A model generated the notes under the pieces. The model was not told the origin of the DNA and did no database searches. It saw nothing but the letters and a program-made list of their open reading frames with translations. Of a stretch of 64,000 bases of DNA, positions 37,526-44,253 are shown piece by piece. The position numbers were made by a program, and so were the translations under genes. The DNA lies in IMG/VR virus record IMGVR_UViG_3300046003_007892, positions 1 through 64,000 of that record; one strand, given 5' to 3'. Numbering within the stretch: the stretch's first letter is position 1; every line of letters begins with the position of its first letter.

Positions 37526-37789
37526 TCAGAAACCCCTGCGGATGTCGCGCCGACCGCCCATCACCCGAACGAAGGTCGAGCCCACGAAGGTCAGGATGCA
37601 GAGGAAGAAAACGGCGAAGAAAATGCCGAAGACGATCTCAGGACCCGAATACGGCACCAGGGTTTTCTGACCCGTGCAGACGTTGACGAACTCTCGCCCT
37701 TCCAACAGGGGTCGTTCGATCATGCACGAAGCCTGATTGAGGTTCAGGGTCGAGGACTGGCCATCGACGATGATAGGTGCGGTTTGCAT
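37526..37789 (-). CDS. Small membrane protein
   Basis: IVFGIFFAVFFLCILTFVG helix. Confidence 0.65.
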   Translation of the reverse strand: MQTAPIIVDGQSSTLNLNQASCMIERPLLEGREFVNVCTGQKTLVPYSGPEIVFGIFFAVFFLCILTFVGSTFVRVMGGRRDIRRGF

Positions 37790-37792
37790 GGT

Positions 37793-38140
37793 TCAGGTCT
37801 CCGACGTGTAGGTGATCGTAAGGTAGGACTGGCCGTCGTCGTCATAGACGAGGGCGTGATGGCTCACACACGCGAACCGGAACGTCCGACCCTTGTAGGT
37901 GATTTCGGCCGCCATGAAACCCCGGAGGGCCTCGGCGTTGATGTAGTTCTCGTCCAACGAGACGTAGATGTTCTGATCGTTCGCGATGACGGTGTTGTTC
38001 CGCACCGAAATCGACAGTGCGTCGCCGATCACCTCGGCGTAGGCACCCAAGAGCGACCGGTCGCGAAAACGAGCGAGCGGCATCCGGGCGACCAGGGCGT
38101 CGTAAACGTCATCCACGATGACAGCGTCGAGATTGATCAC
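37793..38140 (-). CDS. Hypothetical protein
   Basis: GTG start just after upstream stop. Confidence 0.6.
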   Translation of the reverse strand: MINLDAVIVDDVYDALVARMPLARFRDRSLLGAYAEVIGDALSISVRNNTVIANDQNIYVSLDENYINAEALRGFMAAEITYKGRTFRFACVSHHALVYDDDGQSYLTITYTSET

Positions 38141-38142
38141 GA

Positions 38143-38529
38143 TCAGGACTCCGGCAGATTGATGAGCTTGTTCAGGATGGGAATCGGCAACGTCCACTGT
38201 CCAATCCAGTGTTCGACCGTGGCCTCCGCCCGGCAGAACGGGATGATGACCAGATGGTTGGAGAAATCATCGGTGTCGAGCAGGCGTTGCAGAATGCGGG
38301 CACGTGTCGCCGGGGTCATCGCGAAATAATCGACGACAATCACGAACTCGCTCGGCGTTTCCTGCGGGTCCCGAAGGCACGCGACGGGCCCGATGGCCCC
38401 CAGGTCAGCGATCATCTCCGGCACGTTCGCGGGCTCGACATTGATAGCCACCGGCCGCCGCATGATCGGCAGGGTGGTGAACTGGGCACCCAGAGCAGAG
38501 AGAAGCGTCAGTTGGGTTTGGGTAAGCAC
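38143..38529 (-). CDS. Hypothetical protein
   Basis: AGGAG SD; TTGACA promoter at 38576-38581. Confidence 0.65.
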   Translation of the reverse strand: MLTQTQLTLLSALGAQFTTLPIMRRPVAINVEPANVPEMIADLGAIGPVACLRDPQETPSEFVIVVDYFAMTPATRARILQRLLDTDDFSNHLVIIPFCRAEATVEHWIGQWTLPIPILNKLINLPES

Positions 38530-38583
38530 GGGTCTCTCCTGTTGAGTTGACCCCTTGTAACCTAATCGCCGAACTTGTCAAGT

Positions 38584-38620
38584 AAAAGAAAACGCCCCCG
38601 GTGAGAACCGAGGGCGTCTT
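38584..38620 (-). terminator. Intrinsic terminator
   Basis: ACGCCCTCGGT-TCTC-ACCGGGGGCGT-TTTCTTTT. Confidence 0.8.
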
Positions 38621-38642
38621 GATGTTCATCCGCTGGGATGCT

Positions 38643-39119
38643 TTAGGGTTTGCGACGGTCGTTGGGGTTACGGTCGAAGTACGGGCTCAAAGCCCCGTCA
38701 GTCGGCGAATACTTGTCGAAATCGAGATGGCCGTCACGACGATACCAAGGACCCATGGAGCAATAGTCCCAAATTTGGGCGGTGGTGTGATTTAGGTCCC
38801 TCGCCATGCCTTTGCACATGTCGAATTCTTGTCGTTGACTGTAACGGCTATTTCCGTCTTCGTCCGTTTCAAAGGCCCGCACCAGCCTGACGAAGTCCGG
38901 GTGGTTCTCGATGTCGGGCATGTAACGGCTGAAGTTGTAACGTTGACCCCAATCGTTGCTGTTGTCTTCGAAATCGTTTCTGAGCGTATCAGCCGAATTC
39001 GGAAACTGATCAGACTGCTTCTTCGTAGTCCGAATGCCAAAGACTTGGTCAGTGCCGAAACCCAAGAATTCGTTCAGCTTGGTTTCCGTGATGATGTTCA
39101 TATATTTGCGAATCGACAT
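38643..39119 (-). CDS. Putative internal head protein
   Basis: MSIRKYMNIITETKLNE; TAAATA 39145-39150. Confidence 0.65.
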   Translation of the reverse strand: MSIRKYMNIITETKLNEFLGFGTDQVFGIRTTKKQSDQFPNSADTLRNDFEDNSNDWGQRYNFSRYMPDIENHPDFVRLVRAFETDEDGNSRYSQRQEFDMCKGMARDLNHTTAQIWDYCSMGPWYRRDGHLDFDKYSPTDGALSPYFDRNPNDRRKP

Positions 39120-39213
39120 AGTCGTGGGCCCTCAAGTTTGATGTTATTTATCAAACTGCGTTCGCTGGCGTGCAAAGGGCGTGGGGACTAGATTTCCTGA
39201 CGCGGCCCCGAAC

Positions 39214-39414
39214 TTACGGAAGGCTGCGTTCATGAAGAGAACGGTCATTGCAACGACGCCGCTTCCCCAACCAGGACCCATCGCCGCAAACACGCCACCT
39301 TTTCCCCTTCTTGCGCTCGTAAAGGAACCGCCCCCGCGCGTTGATCGCGGATGGAACCACCATGACGCCGTCCTTCCAAGAGGAGGCGAATGGGACCCAG
39401 ACCAAATCAATCAT
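39214..39414 (-). CDS. Small hypothetical protein
   Basis: MIDLVWVPF resembles neighbour MMAELVWLPY. Confidence 0.5.
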   Translation of the reverse strand: MIDLVWVPFASSWKDGVMVVPSAINARGRFLYERKKGKRWRVCGDGSWLGKRRRCNDRSLHERSLP

Positions 39415-39628
39415 TGGGGCCGAACTTGAGCATGTATTCAGTATAGCGGGCCACGGTCAGAGACATCTCGACGATATAGGTGGTCGGCTGTCCATGAAGA
39501 CGCGTGATGCGATGATCATGGTAATTGTCGCTGATGAAGGCGGCCCGCTCGTCGGACCTGGGCGGGCACTGCCACCCAAAGGGTACGTGGGAAATGACAT
39601 AGGGGAGCCAGACGAGTTCAGCCATCAC
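39407..39628 (-). CDS. Small hypothetical protein
   Basis: Coupled ORF. Confidence 0.55.
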   Translation of the reverse strand: MMAELVWLPYVISHVPFGWQCPPRSDERAAFISDNYHDHRITRLHGQPTTYIVEMSLTVARYTEYMLKFGPND

Positions 39629-40125
39629 CCAACGGCCAAATAGGTTGCTAGGCCTTTTTCGCGTGCTTGGTCAAAAATAGGTCCTGCTTCGAACGTGATC
39701 TTCAAACAATGCAAACGTGTCGTTTCAATGATTACGTCATGAAACTCCGTCTTGAACATGCCGAATATTTCACCATCAATAGAGACAATAATGTCAACCT
39801 TGTTGAGACGCTCTGAAGAGTATCCCCAATGACTCCCTATACTGAAGGACAAGTGAAATTCTGATATTTCTTCATTATCGAACTTCTCTATGGCTTCCGA
39901 TATCATCAGGTCATTTGGATACCCATTTTCGTCGGACAGATAAAGTCCTGGGAATATCAACGTGATTTCTTTGGATGTCACGCCTAGATAGCGGTCTACT
40001 TCCTGAGTAGGCTTGGTAGTGTTATCCAAACCAATGGCGGCTCCTGGCCTGTATACAGTGGGAGCGGGTAGCTTCGGGTCGAGCTTGGAAATAAGTCTCG
40101 TAAGAAAAGCATCTTCGAGCGTCAA
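39625..40125 (-). CDS. AT-rich hypothetical protein
   Basis: TTGA overlap with HNH stop; 22/60 GC at 39841-39900. Confidence 0.55.
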   Translation of the reverse strand: MTLEDAFLTRLISKLDPKLPAPTVYRPGAAIGLDNTTKPTQEVDRYLGVTSKEITLIFPGLYLSDENGYPNDLMISEAIEKFDNEEISEFHLSFSIGSHWGYSSERLNKVDIIVSIDGEIFGMFKTEFHDVIIETTRLHCLKITFEAGPIFDQAREKGLATYLAVG

Positions 40126-40667
40126 TGAGAAATCTTCTTCCATCTTTTTTTCACGGCCACGTCAGAGCAGCCGAGCATCTCAGCTATCTTAACCATGGAG
40201 AGACGAGACATCAAATTAGGAAGATCGACCGAGTCCCAGTCCACCTTGCCTTTTCGCTGCCCGGCACACGCGACGGAACATGTGATCTGGTGGGCGGGTT
40301 TGGGCCCGGAGCAAATCGGGCACGGCACCGGCTCTTCGGCGTAGAGGGATTTGTAGTCGGCGAACCTCTCGTCGAATGACGGAGGATTCTCCGGTACGTC
40401 CAATATGCCGTCGTGAACTTCCCGGTGGCAGTTCGCGCAGAGGAGAACGCATTTCTTCAACTCGGCCACGATCTTCGGCCAGGACGCTGGATTCCTCCGC
40501 ACCGTTCCCAACGCGAAATCCTTGGCGGTTGGGTCCAGGTGGTGCAGTTCCAATGCAGATACTGTTCGATCATATGAGCAGATCGCACAGCATCCACCCA
40601 TGGCCTCGACGATGCGTTCTTTGGTGCGGCGTCGCCAACTCTTTACCGCTTCTGAGCCTTTGGACAA
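40122..40667 (-). CDS. HNH endonuclease (free-standing) with C-terminal Zn-finger/HTH
   Basis: GGCCAIC...LELHHLDP...KCVLLCANCHREVH; GGAGGT SD before TTG; TAAATA 40701-40706. Confidence 0.85.
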   Translation of the reverse strand: MSKGSEAVKSWRRRTKERIVEAMGGCCAICSYDRTVSALELHHLDPTAKDFALGTVRRNPASWPKIVAELKKCVLLCANCHREVHDGILDVPENPPSFDERFADYKSLYAEEPVPCPICSGPKPAHQITCSVACAGQRKGKVDWDSVDLPNLMSRLSMVKIAEMLGCSDVAVKKRWKKISH

Positions 40668-40740
40668 GAAAAATACCTCCGAGCCGAAGTGGCCCAAAGG
40701 TATTTATCTTCGTGTAATCAAACCTATGACGGTTCGAGAA

Positions 40741-40829
40741 TGGCTCCTAGTTGAGGAATCGAACCTCACTCGTTAGCCTCGCGGCCTACAGGGTAACAAC
40801 CTGCCCGCACACCTTGTGCGTTACTAGGA
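40741..40829 (-). tRNA. tRNA-Asn(GTT) with atypical long variable arm
   Basis: loop TTGTTAC, U1-A72, GGCC-GCGA-GGCT variable hairpin, CCA encoded. Confidence 0.75.
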
Positions 40830-40861
40830 ATAGCGATGCCCCGAAAGGCATCAGAGATAAG

Positions 40862-41173
40862 CTGGGCAGGCAGGGCTCGAACCTGCGACATTTCGATTCG
40901 CTTGTTCCCATGTTCCCATGGGCGCGGACTATATCTTCACCCTCAGCATTACCTGTTAGGGGCTGGGTGCTGTTTGGTCGTTATCGGGTTTGGCTCCCTC
41001 AGACCTAGTCTCTACACCTTCCGAAATACTCAAGGCCTTCTTTCGGCTCGGCTCGGGATTGCCACCGCCATTACGCGAGAGGTTTCCCCGAATTCTCCCA
41101 GATTTTCAACCTCAGTTTCCCGAGGAAGTGTCCATTGAACAGTCGAACGCTCTACCAACTGAGCTACAACCCA
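40862..41173 (-). tRNA. tRNA-Asn(GTT) split by group I intron (exons 41138-41173, 40862-40898), no CCA
   Basis: Exons join to a canonical 73-nt cloverleaf with loop CT-GTT-AA. Confidence 0.9.
40899..41137 (-). mobile_element. Group I intron, 239 nt, no ORF
   Basis: P GAATTCGGGGAAAC, Q AATCCCGAGC, R GTAGAGACTA, S AAGATATAGTCC; P1 with U.G at 5' splice site; terminal G. Confidence 0.92.
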
Positions 41174-41326
41174 GCTTATCTCTGACTTGGCGTCCCCCCT
41201 CCCGCCATCACCTGTTGGTGTCTGCGCGGTCGGAGGAACATGGTTGCCCCCGACCATGAGAAACCTTGCTCTCATGGTCGGGAGGGTTTTCTTGCCCTCC
41301 CCCGTAAAGGGGGTCCGGCACGAAGA

Positions 41327-41557
41327 TTAAACGTCGGTCGCCTTCCTGTGATTCTTGAAATCGCGTCCGCGTTCCTGAATGACGGTTGCGTCGAGTTCGG
41401 TTCCGAAGGCCTCAAGGACCGTCCAACCTCGGCTCCACTTGCCGTCTTCCTTGAGATCAACGAGGCCGTCCTGGATGGCCCGTTCAGACGGAATCCAGGA
41501 GACTTGACGTGCGCCGTTGCGCTCCAGTGTGCATTGTTTTACAGTCTCCCTTCTCAT
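41327..41557 (-). CDS. Small hypothetical protein within tRNA array
   Basis: AAGGA SD, 76 aa. Confidence 0.55.
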   Translation of the reverse strand: MRRETVKQCTLERNGARQVSWIPSERAIQDGLVDLKEDGKWSRGWTVLEAFGTELDATVIQERGRDFKNHRKATDV

Positions 41558-41601
41558 CTGATAGTCCTTTCGTAAGACTTCACCACCATGGTGAAGAATA
41601 G

Positions 41602-41676
41602 TGGAGGCGCAGGGTGGTCTCGAACCACCGACATGCAGAATATGAATCTGCCGCTCTACCCCTGAGCTACTGCGCC
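41602..41676 (-). tRNA. tRNA-Met(CAT), probably elongator (Ile2 not excluded)
   Basis: loop TTCATAT, G1-C72, CCA encoded. Confidence 0.85.
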
Positions 41677-41729
41677 GTATTCCTTTTGCTGCCGCCCCAG
41701 CATCGAAACACTGGGACGGCGGCGAAACT

Positions 41730-41893
41730 TGGTGGACGTGCCAGGAATCGAACCCGGACAGTTGAGTTTCACCCCAACCGCATTACCCGGACGGACCCCG
41801 CCTCTGACTGTCTCCGGGTTCGCGACCCCTCGGACATCCTCGGACGAGGCACTCCGCCTCTATCAAACTCAACGGGTATCCCCGTCTACGCCC
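41730..41893 (-). ncRNA. 164-nt tRNA/tmRNA-like RNA with Ala identity (G3.U70, A73, CCA)
   Basis: GGGCGT/ACGTCC-A-CCA acceptor, T-arm CCGGG-TTCGATT-CCTGG, 8-bp stem enclosing ~95-nt insert. Confidence 0.6.
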
Positions 41894-41898
41894 GTAAA

Positions 41899-41974
41899 TG
41901 GTAGGCCCGGACGGGTTCGAACCGCCGACATTCGGTGTGTAAAACCGACGCTCTCCCAACTGAGCTACAGGCCC
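41899..41974 (-). tRNA. tRNA-Val(TAC)
   Basis: loop TTTACAC, CCA encoded. Confidence 0.92.
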
Positions 41975-42087
41975 TCAGGTCACCCTGAAAATCTCCCAGT
42001 GATTACCCCACCGCTTGGTCGGCAACCTCCGCCGCTGGGAGCGGCCTCTCTGACTGTCGCCATCCTGGCGCCGGTCGTATTCTTGTG

Positions 42088-42164
42088 TGGTCGGCGAAGG
42101 TGGGTTCGAACCACCGACCTTTCGATTATCGGTCGAATGCTCTAACCAACTGAGCTACTCGCCG
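42088..42164 (-). tRNA. tRNA-Ile(GAT)
   Basis: loop CCGATAA (C33), CCA encoded. Confidence 0.88.
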
Positions 42165-42205
42165 TCACACAAACTGAGCTTTGATGCTCCTGACCTCGCC
42201 ACGTC

Positions 42206-42270
42206 TGGCTGTCCGGCGAGGGTTTCGAACCCTCCGCGCCTTGCCTGTCGGCCACCTAGGGACCAGACAG
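42206..42270 (-). ncRNA. 65-nt tRNA mimic lacking an anticodon arm
   Basis: 9-bp CTGTCTGGT/GCCGGACAG stem, T-arm GAGGG-TTCGAAA-CCCTC, CCA. Confidence 0.5.
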
Positions 42271-42345
42271 TCAGGAACATCTCTGCTAAGAACCCTTCCG
42301 CTTCTTCCCTCGCAGCTTACGAGGGCGTCCCCTTGGGATTCGAAA

Positions 42346-42410
42346 TGGCGGGGCGCCCGGATTTGACCCGGAGATCGTTCGCTTCAAGCGGGGCATCGCA
42401 ACCTAGCCCC
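42346..42410 (-). pseudogene. Degenerate tRNA-like element
   Basis: CCA end, T-arm with GTCAAAT loop, truncated D-arm, weak stem around TGA. Confidence 0.4.
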
Positions 42411-42452
42411 TAAGCTTGTGACCTTCCCCCTACGGGGCACACACCGATGAAA

Positions 42453-42527
42453 TGGTAGTCGAGGGTGGGATTGAACCACCGACCTTCGCCTTATCAAGAC
42501 GCTGCTCTCCCGCTGAGCTACTCGACC
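42453..42527 (-). tRNA. tRNA-Ile(GAT)
   Basis: loop TTGATAA, CCA encoded. Confidence 0.88.
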
Positions 42528-42532
42528 GCACG

Positions 42533-42607
42533 TGGTAGGTCTGGAGGGTTTCGCACCCCCGACCTTTGCAATGTCAATGCAACGCTCTCCTCCTGAGCTA
42601 CAGACCC
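42533..42607 (-). tRNA. tRNA-Val(GAC)
   Basis: loop TTGACAT, T-loop TGCGAAA, CCA encoded. Confidence 0.88.
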
Positions 42608-42702
42608 ATACCACATGGAAACTATCCCCCGACGACCCACAGTGCAGGCCGTCTATTCAAGACCCCGAGGGATGGGGTCCCGGAAGCGCGAGGCTTCCGA
42701 AA

Positions 42703-42777
42703 TGGTGGCCACAGGTGGTCTCGAACCACCGACACCCGCATTTTCAGTGCGGTGCTCTACCCCTGAGCTACATGGCC
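42703..42777 (-). tRNA. tRNA-Phe(GAA)
   Basis: loop CTGAAAA, CCA encoded. Confidence 0.92.
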
Positions 42778-42779
42778 GT

Positions 42780-43070
42780 AGACATAATCCTGGTCACCCT
42801 TACCGCTCACCATTGGGCCTCCACCTGGGGGCTTCAACGCCAAGCCGGGGGATTGAACCCCGACAGATCATGTCCGTATCGGAACACGCCAACAGACCAC
42901 CAGCGAAGAAGGGATTCGAACCCTTCTGCCTCCCCCTTCGCCACCGTTACTGCCGAAACAGCCAAGGCATCGAACCTTGTCGGGTTTGGGTGCGCCGTGC
43001 AACGCTCTTGGTCAGTTCAAGGCCTTTGGACCGCCTGTAGGCGATCTGTTGGCGAGTTCCGATAGTCTTC
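42780..43070 (-). ncRNA. Structured RNA candidate between tRNA-Tyr and tRNA-Phe
   Basis: 22-bp stem (43043-43064 with 42877-42898) enclosing two T-loop hairpins; third T-loop hairpin 42846-42862. Confidence 0.55.
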
Positions 43071-43082
43071 ATATGTATTCAC

Positions 43083-43166
43083 TGGTCGGCAGAGTAGGAT
43101 TCGAACCTACGCGCCTTTCAGAGCGGGGTTACAGTCCGCCGGTTTCAACCACTCACCCATCTGCCG
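43083..43166 (-). tRNA. tRNA-Tyr(GTA)
   Basis: loop CTGTAAC, long variable arm, CCA encoded. Confidence 0.9.
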
Positions 43167-43187
43167 ATAAGTGAATACATACTGCGT

Positions 43188-43262
43188 TGGCAGGAGAGGA
43201 GGGATTTGAACCCCCGACCTTCGGTTTTGGAGACCGCTGCTCTACCACTGAGCTACACTCCT
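43188..43262 (-). tRNA. tRNA-Trp(CCA)
   Basis: loop CTCCAAA, CCA encoded. Confidence 0.92.
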
Positions 43263-43320
43263 ATGTCAACGCATCGTCTTCGTCTTGTTCTTTCGTTCTG
43301 TTCTCCGTTTCGATGACTGC

Positions 43321-43349
43321 AACCTAGTCGAGGTGTTTGGGGCAGTCAA
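43321..43349 (-). promoter_or_regulatory. Sigma70-like promoter directly ahead of tRNA array 2
   Basis: TTGACT-N17-TAGGTT. Confidence 0.55.
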
Positions 43350-43512
43350 CAACTTTTTTCGATTTTGTTGAATATTTTCGAGGACTTACTCAACTGTACT
43401 CAACGTATACTTCGTGCGTTCTTCGCCTTTACTTGGCGGATACTTGCTGGTTCTTTGTGACTTCAAACTGCCAAGGCATTTGTTGTCGGGGTCCCTGTTG
43501 GGTTTCGGCCAT

Positions 43513-43548
43513 AGAAAAAGGCCGCTCCGGTTTTCCGGGGCGGCCTTT
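43513..43548 (-). terminator. Intrinsic terminator (attenuator) upstream of tRNA array 2
   Basis: AAAGGCCGCCCCGG-AAAA-CCGGAGCGGCC-TTTTTCT. Confidence 0.85.
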
Positions 43549-43572
43549 GTATCTCTGGAGCGGGGTGGGTGT

Positions 43573-43668
43573 TTAGATCGACACCCCATCACGTCCATGC
43601 ACAAAAGCCGCGCCCGGAATATTCCAGACGACGTTGTTGTTCACAAACATGATATAGTTCTTGCTCAT
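43573..43668 (-). CDS. Leader peptide of tRNA array 2 (31 aa, MSKNYIMFVNNNVVWNIPGAAFVHGRDGVSI)
   Basis: 6 nt after TAAATA; 14 consecutive codons for N/Y/I/M/F/V/W matching array tRNAs; 17-bp antiterminator. Confidence 0.85.
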   Translation of the reverse strand: MSKNYIMFVNNNVVWNIPGAAFVHGRDGVSI

Positions 43669-43674
43669 CACTCT

Positions 43675-43680
43675 TATTTA
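43675..43680 (-). promoter_or_regulatory. Late promoter TAAATA
   Basis: GCTAAATA, drives leader 2. Confidence 0.65.
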
Positions 43681-43703
43681 GCAAACTGGCTCGCGGCAGT
43701 CAA

Positions 43704-44216
43704 TTAAAAACGTCCAAAATCGTAATTTTCTTGCGATTTCATATATCTGGCTGCGCTGATGGCCTCTCTGGTGCCGGAATAGGTGTAGGTCCCCCGTCTG
43801 GTCACGAAGCTGAGTTGGCGTTCGAACGACGAGGGGTCGATGGTGTATTGCGGAATGATCATGACGTAGGGACAGACCTGGAAACCCACGCCAAGCATCA
43901 GGTTGTAGTCTCGCTTAAGTTCGGCCCCGAGTTCGTAGACCATGTTGCGAAGGATGTCGTAGTCGTATTCGGGCCGGTTCCGTCGCGGTCCAAGGAGATC
44001 GTAGTCGATGCTAAACCGGCAAGCGAGAGGTCTTGTGCACGCCTCGATGACTGAGCGGCGCACGTTCTTGACGGGCGCGGTCATGATGAAGTCGGCATGC
44101 GGGACGAGTTCGGGATAAACGTCGAGGACGCCGAGGGTGAGTTCGCGAGCCAGTTTGACCAGATAGGGGTCGTGGTTAGCGATTTGATCACAGTTCTGAA
44201 CTAGCTGGTGCTGCAT
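43704..44216 (-). CDS. Miniature T4 gp23/gp24-like capsid protein paralog (170 aa)
   Basis: IANHDPYLVKLAR; ELGAELKRD; CPY...IDPSSFERQLSFVTRRG recall gp23 N-arm, spine helix and C-terminus. Confidence 0.5.
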   Translation of the reverse strand: MQHQLVQNCDQIANHDPYLVKLARELTLGVLDVYPELVPHADFIMTAPVKNVRRSVIEACTRPLACRFSIDYDLLGPRRNRPEYDYDILRNMVYELGAELKRDYNLMLGVGFQVCPYVMIIPQYTIDPSSFERQLSFVTRRGTYTYSGTREAISAARYMKSQENYDFGRF

Positions 44217-44253
44217 CTGATAAGAATACCAGAGCGGCCATCGCGAACCCTAA

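Noticed and set aside
39144-39410. Track ORF 39144-39410
   Set aside because: Overlapping frame 39214-39414 preferred (N-terminus resembles neighbour); the longer frame runs into the late promoter.
41188-41310. Extra tRNA-like element (CCA end at 41188, 13-bp hairpin near 41250-41282)
   Set aside because: No T-arm or cloverleaf; treated as structured spacer.
41730-41893. Full tmRNA, or twister/hammerhead ribozyme
   Set aside because: Too short, no tag ORF; the twister-like GGTCGCGAACCC segment lacks its pseudoknot partner; no CUGAUGA core.
42206-42270. Selenocysteine tRNA (long acceptor stem)
   Set aside because: No anticodon arm, no UCA anticodon, no long variable arm.
26644-43262. Stop-codon recoding or suppressor tRNA
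   Set aside because: No CTA/TCA/TTA anticodons; conserved genes end normally at TAG/TGA/TAA (pncB ends in TAG).
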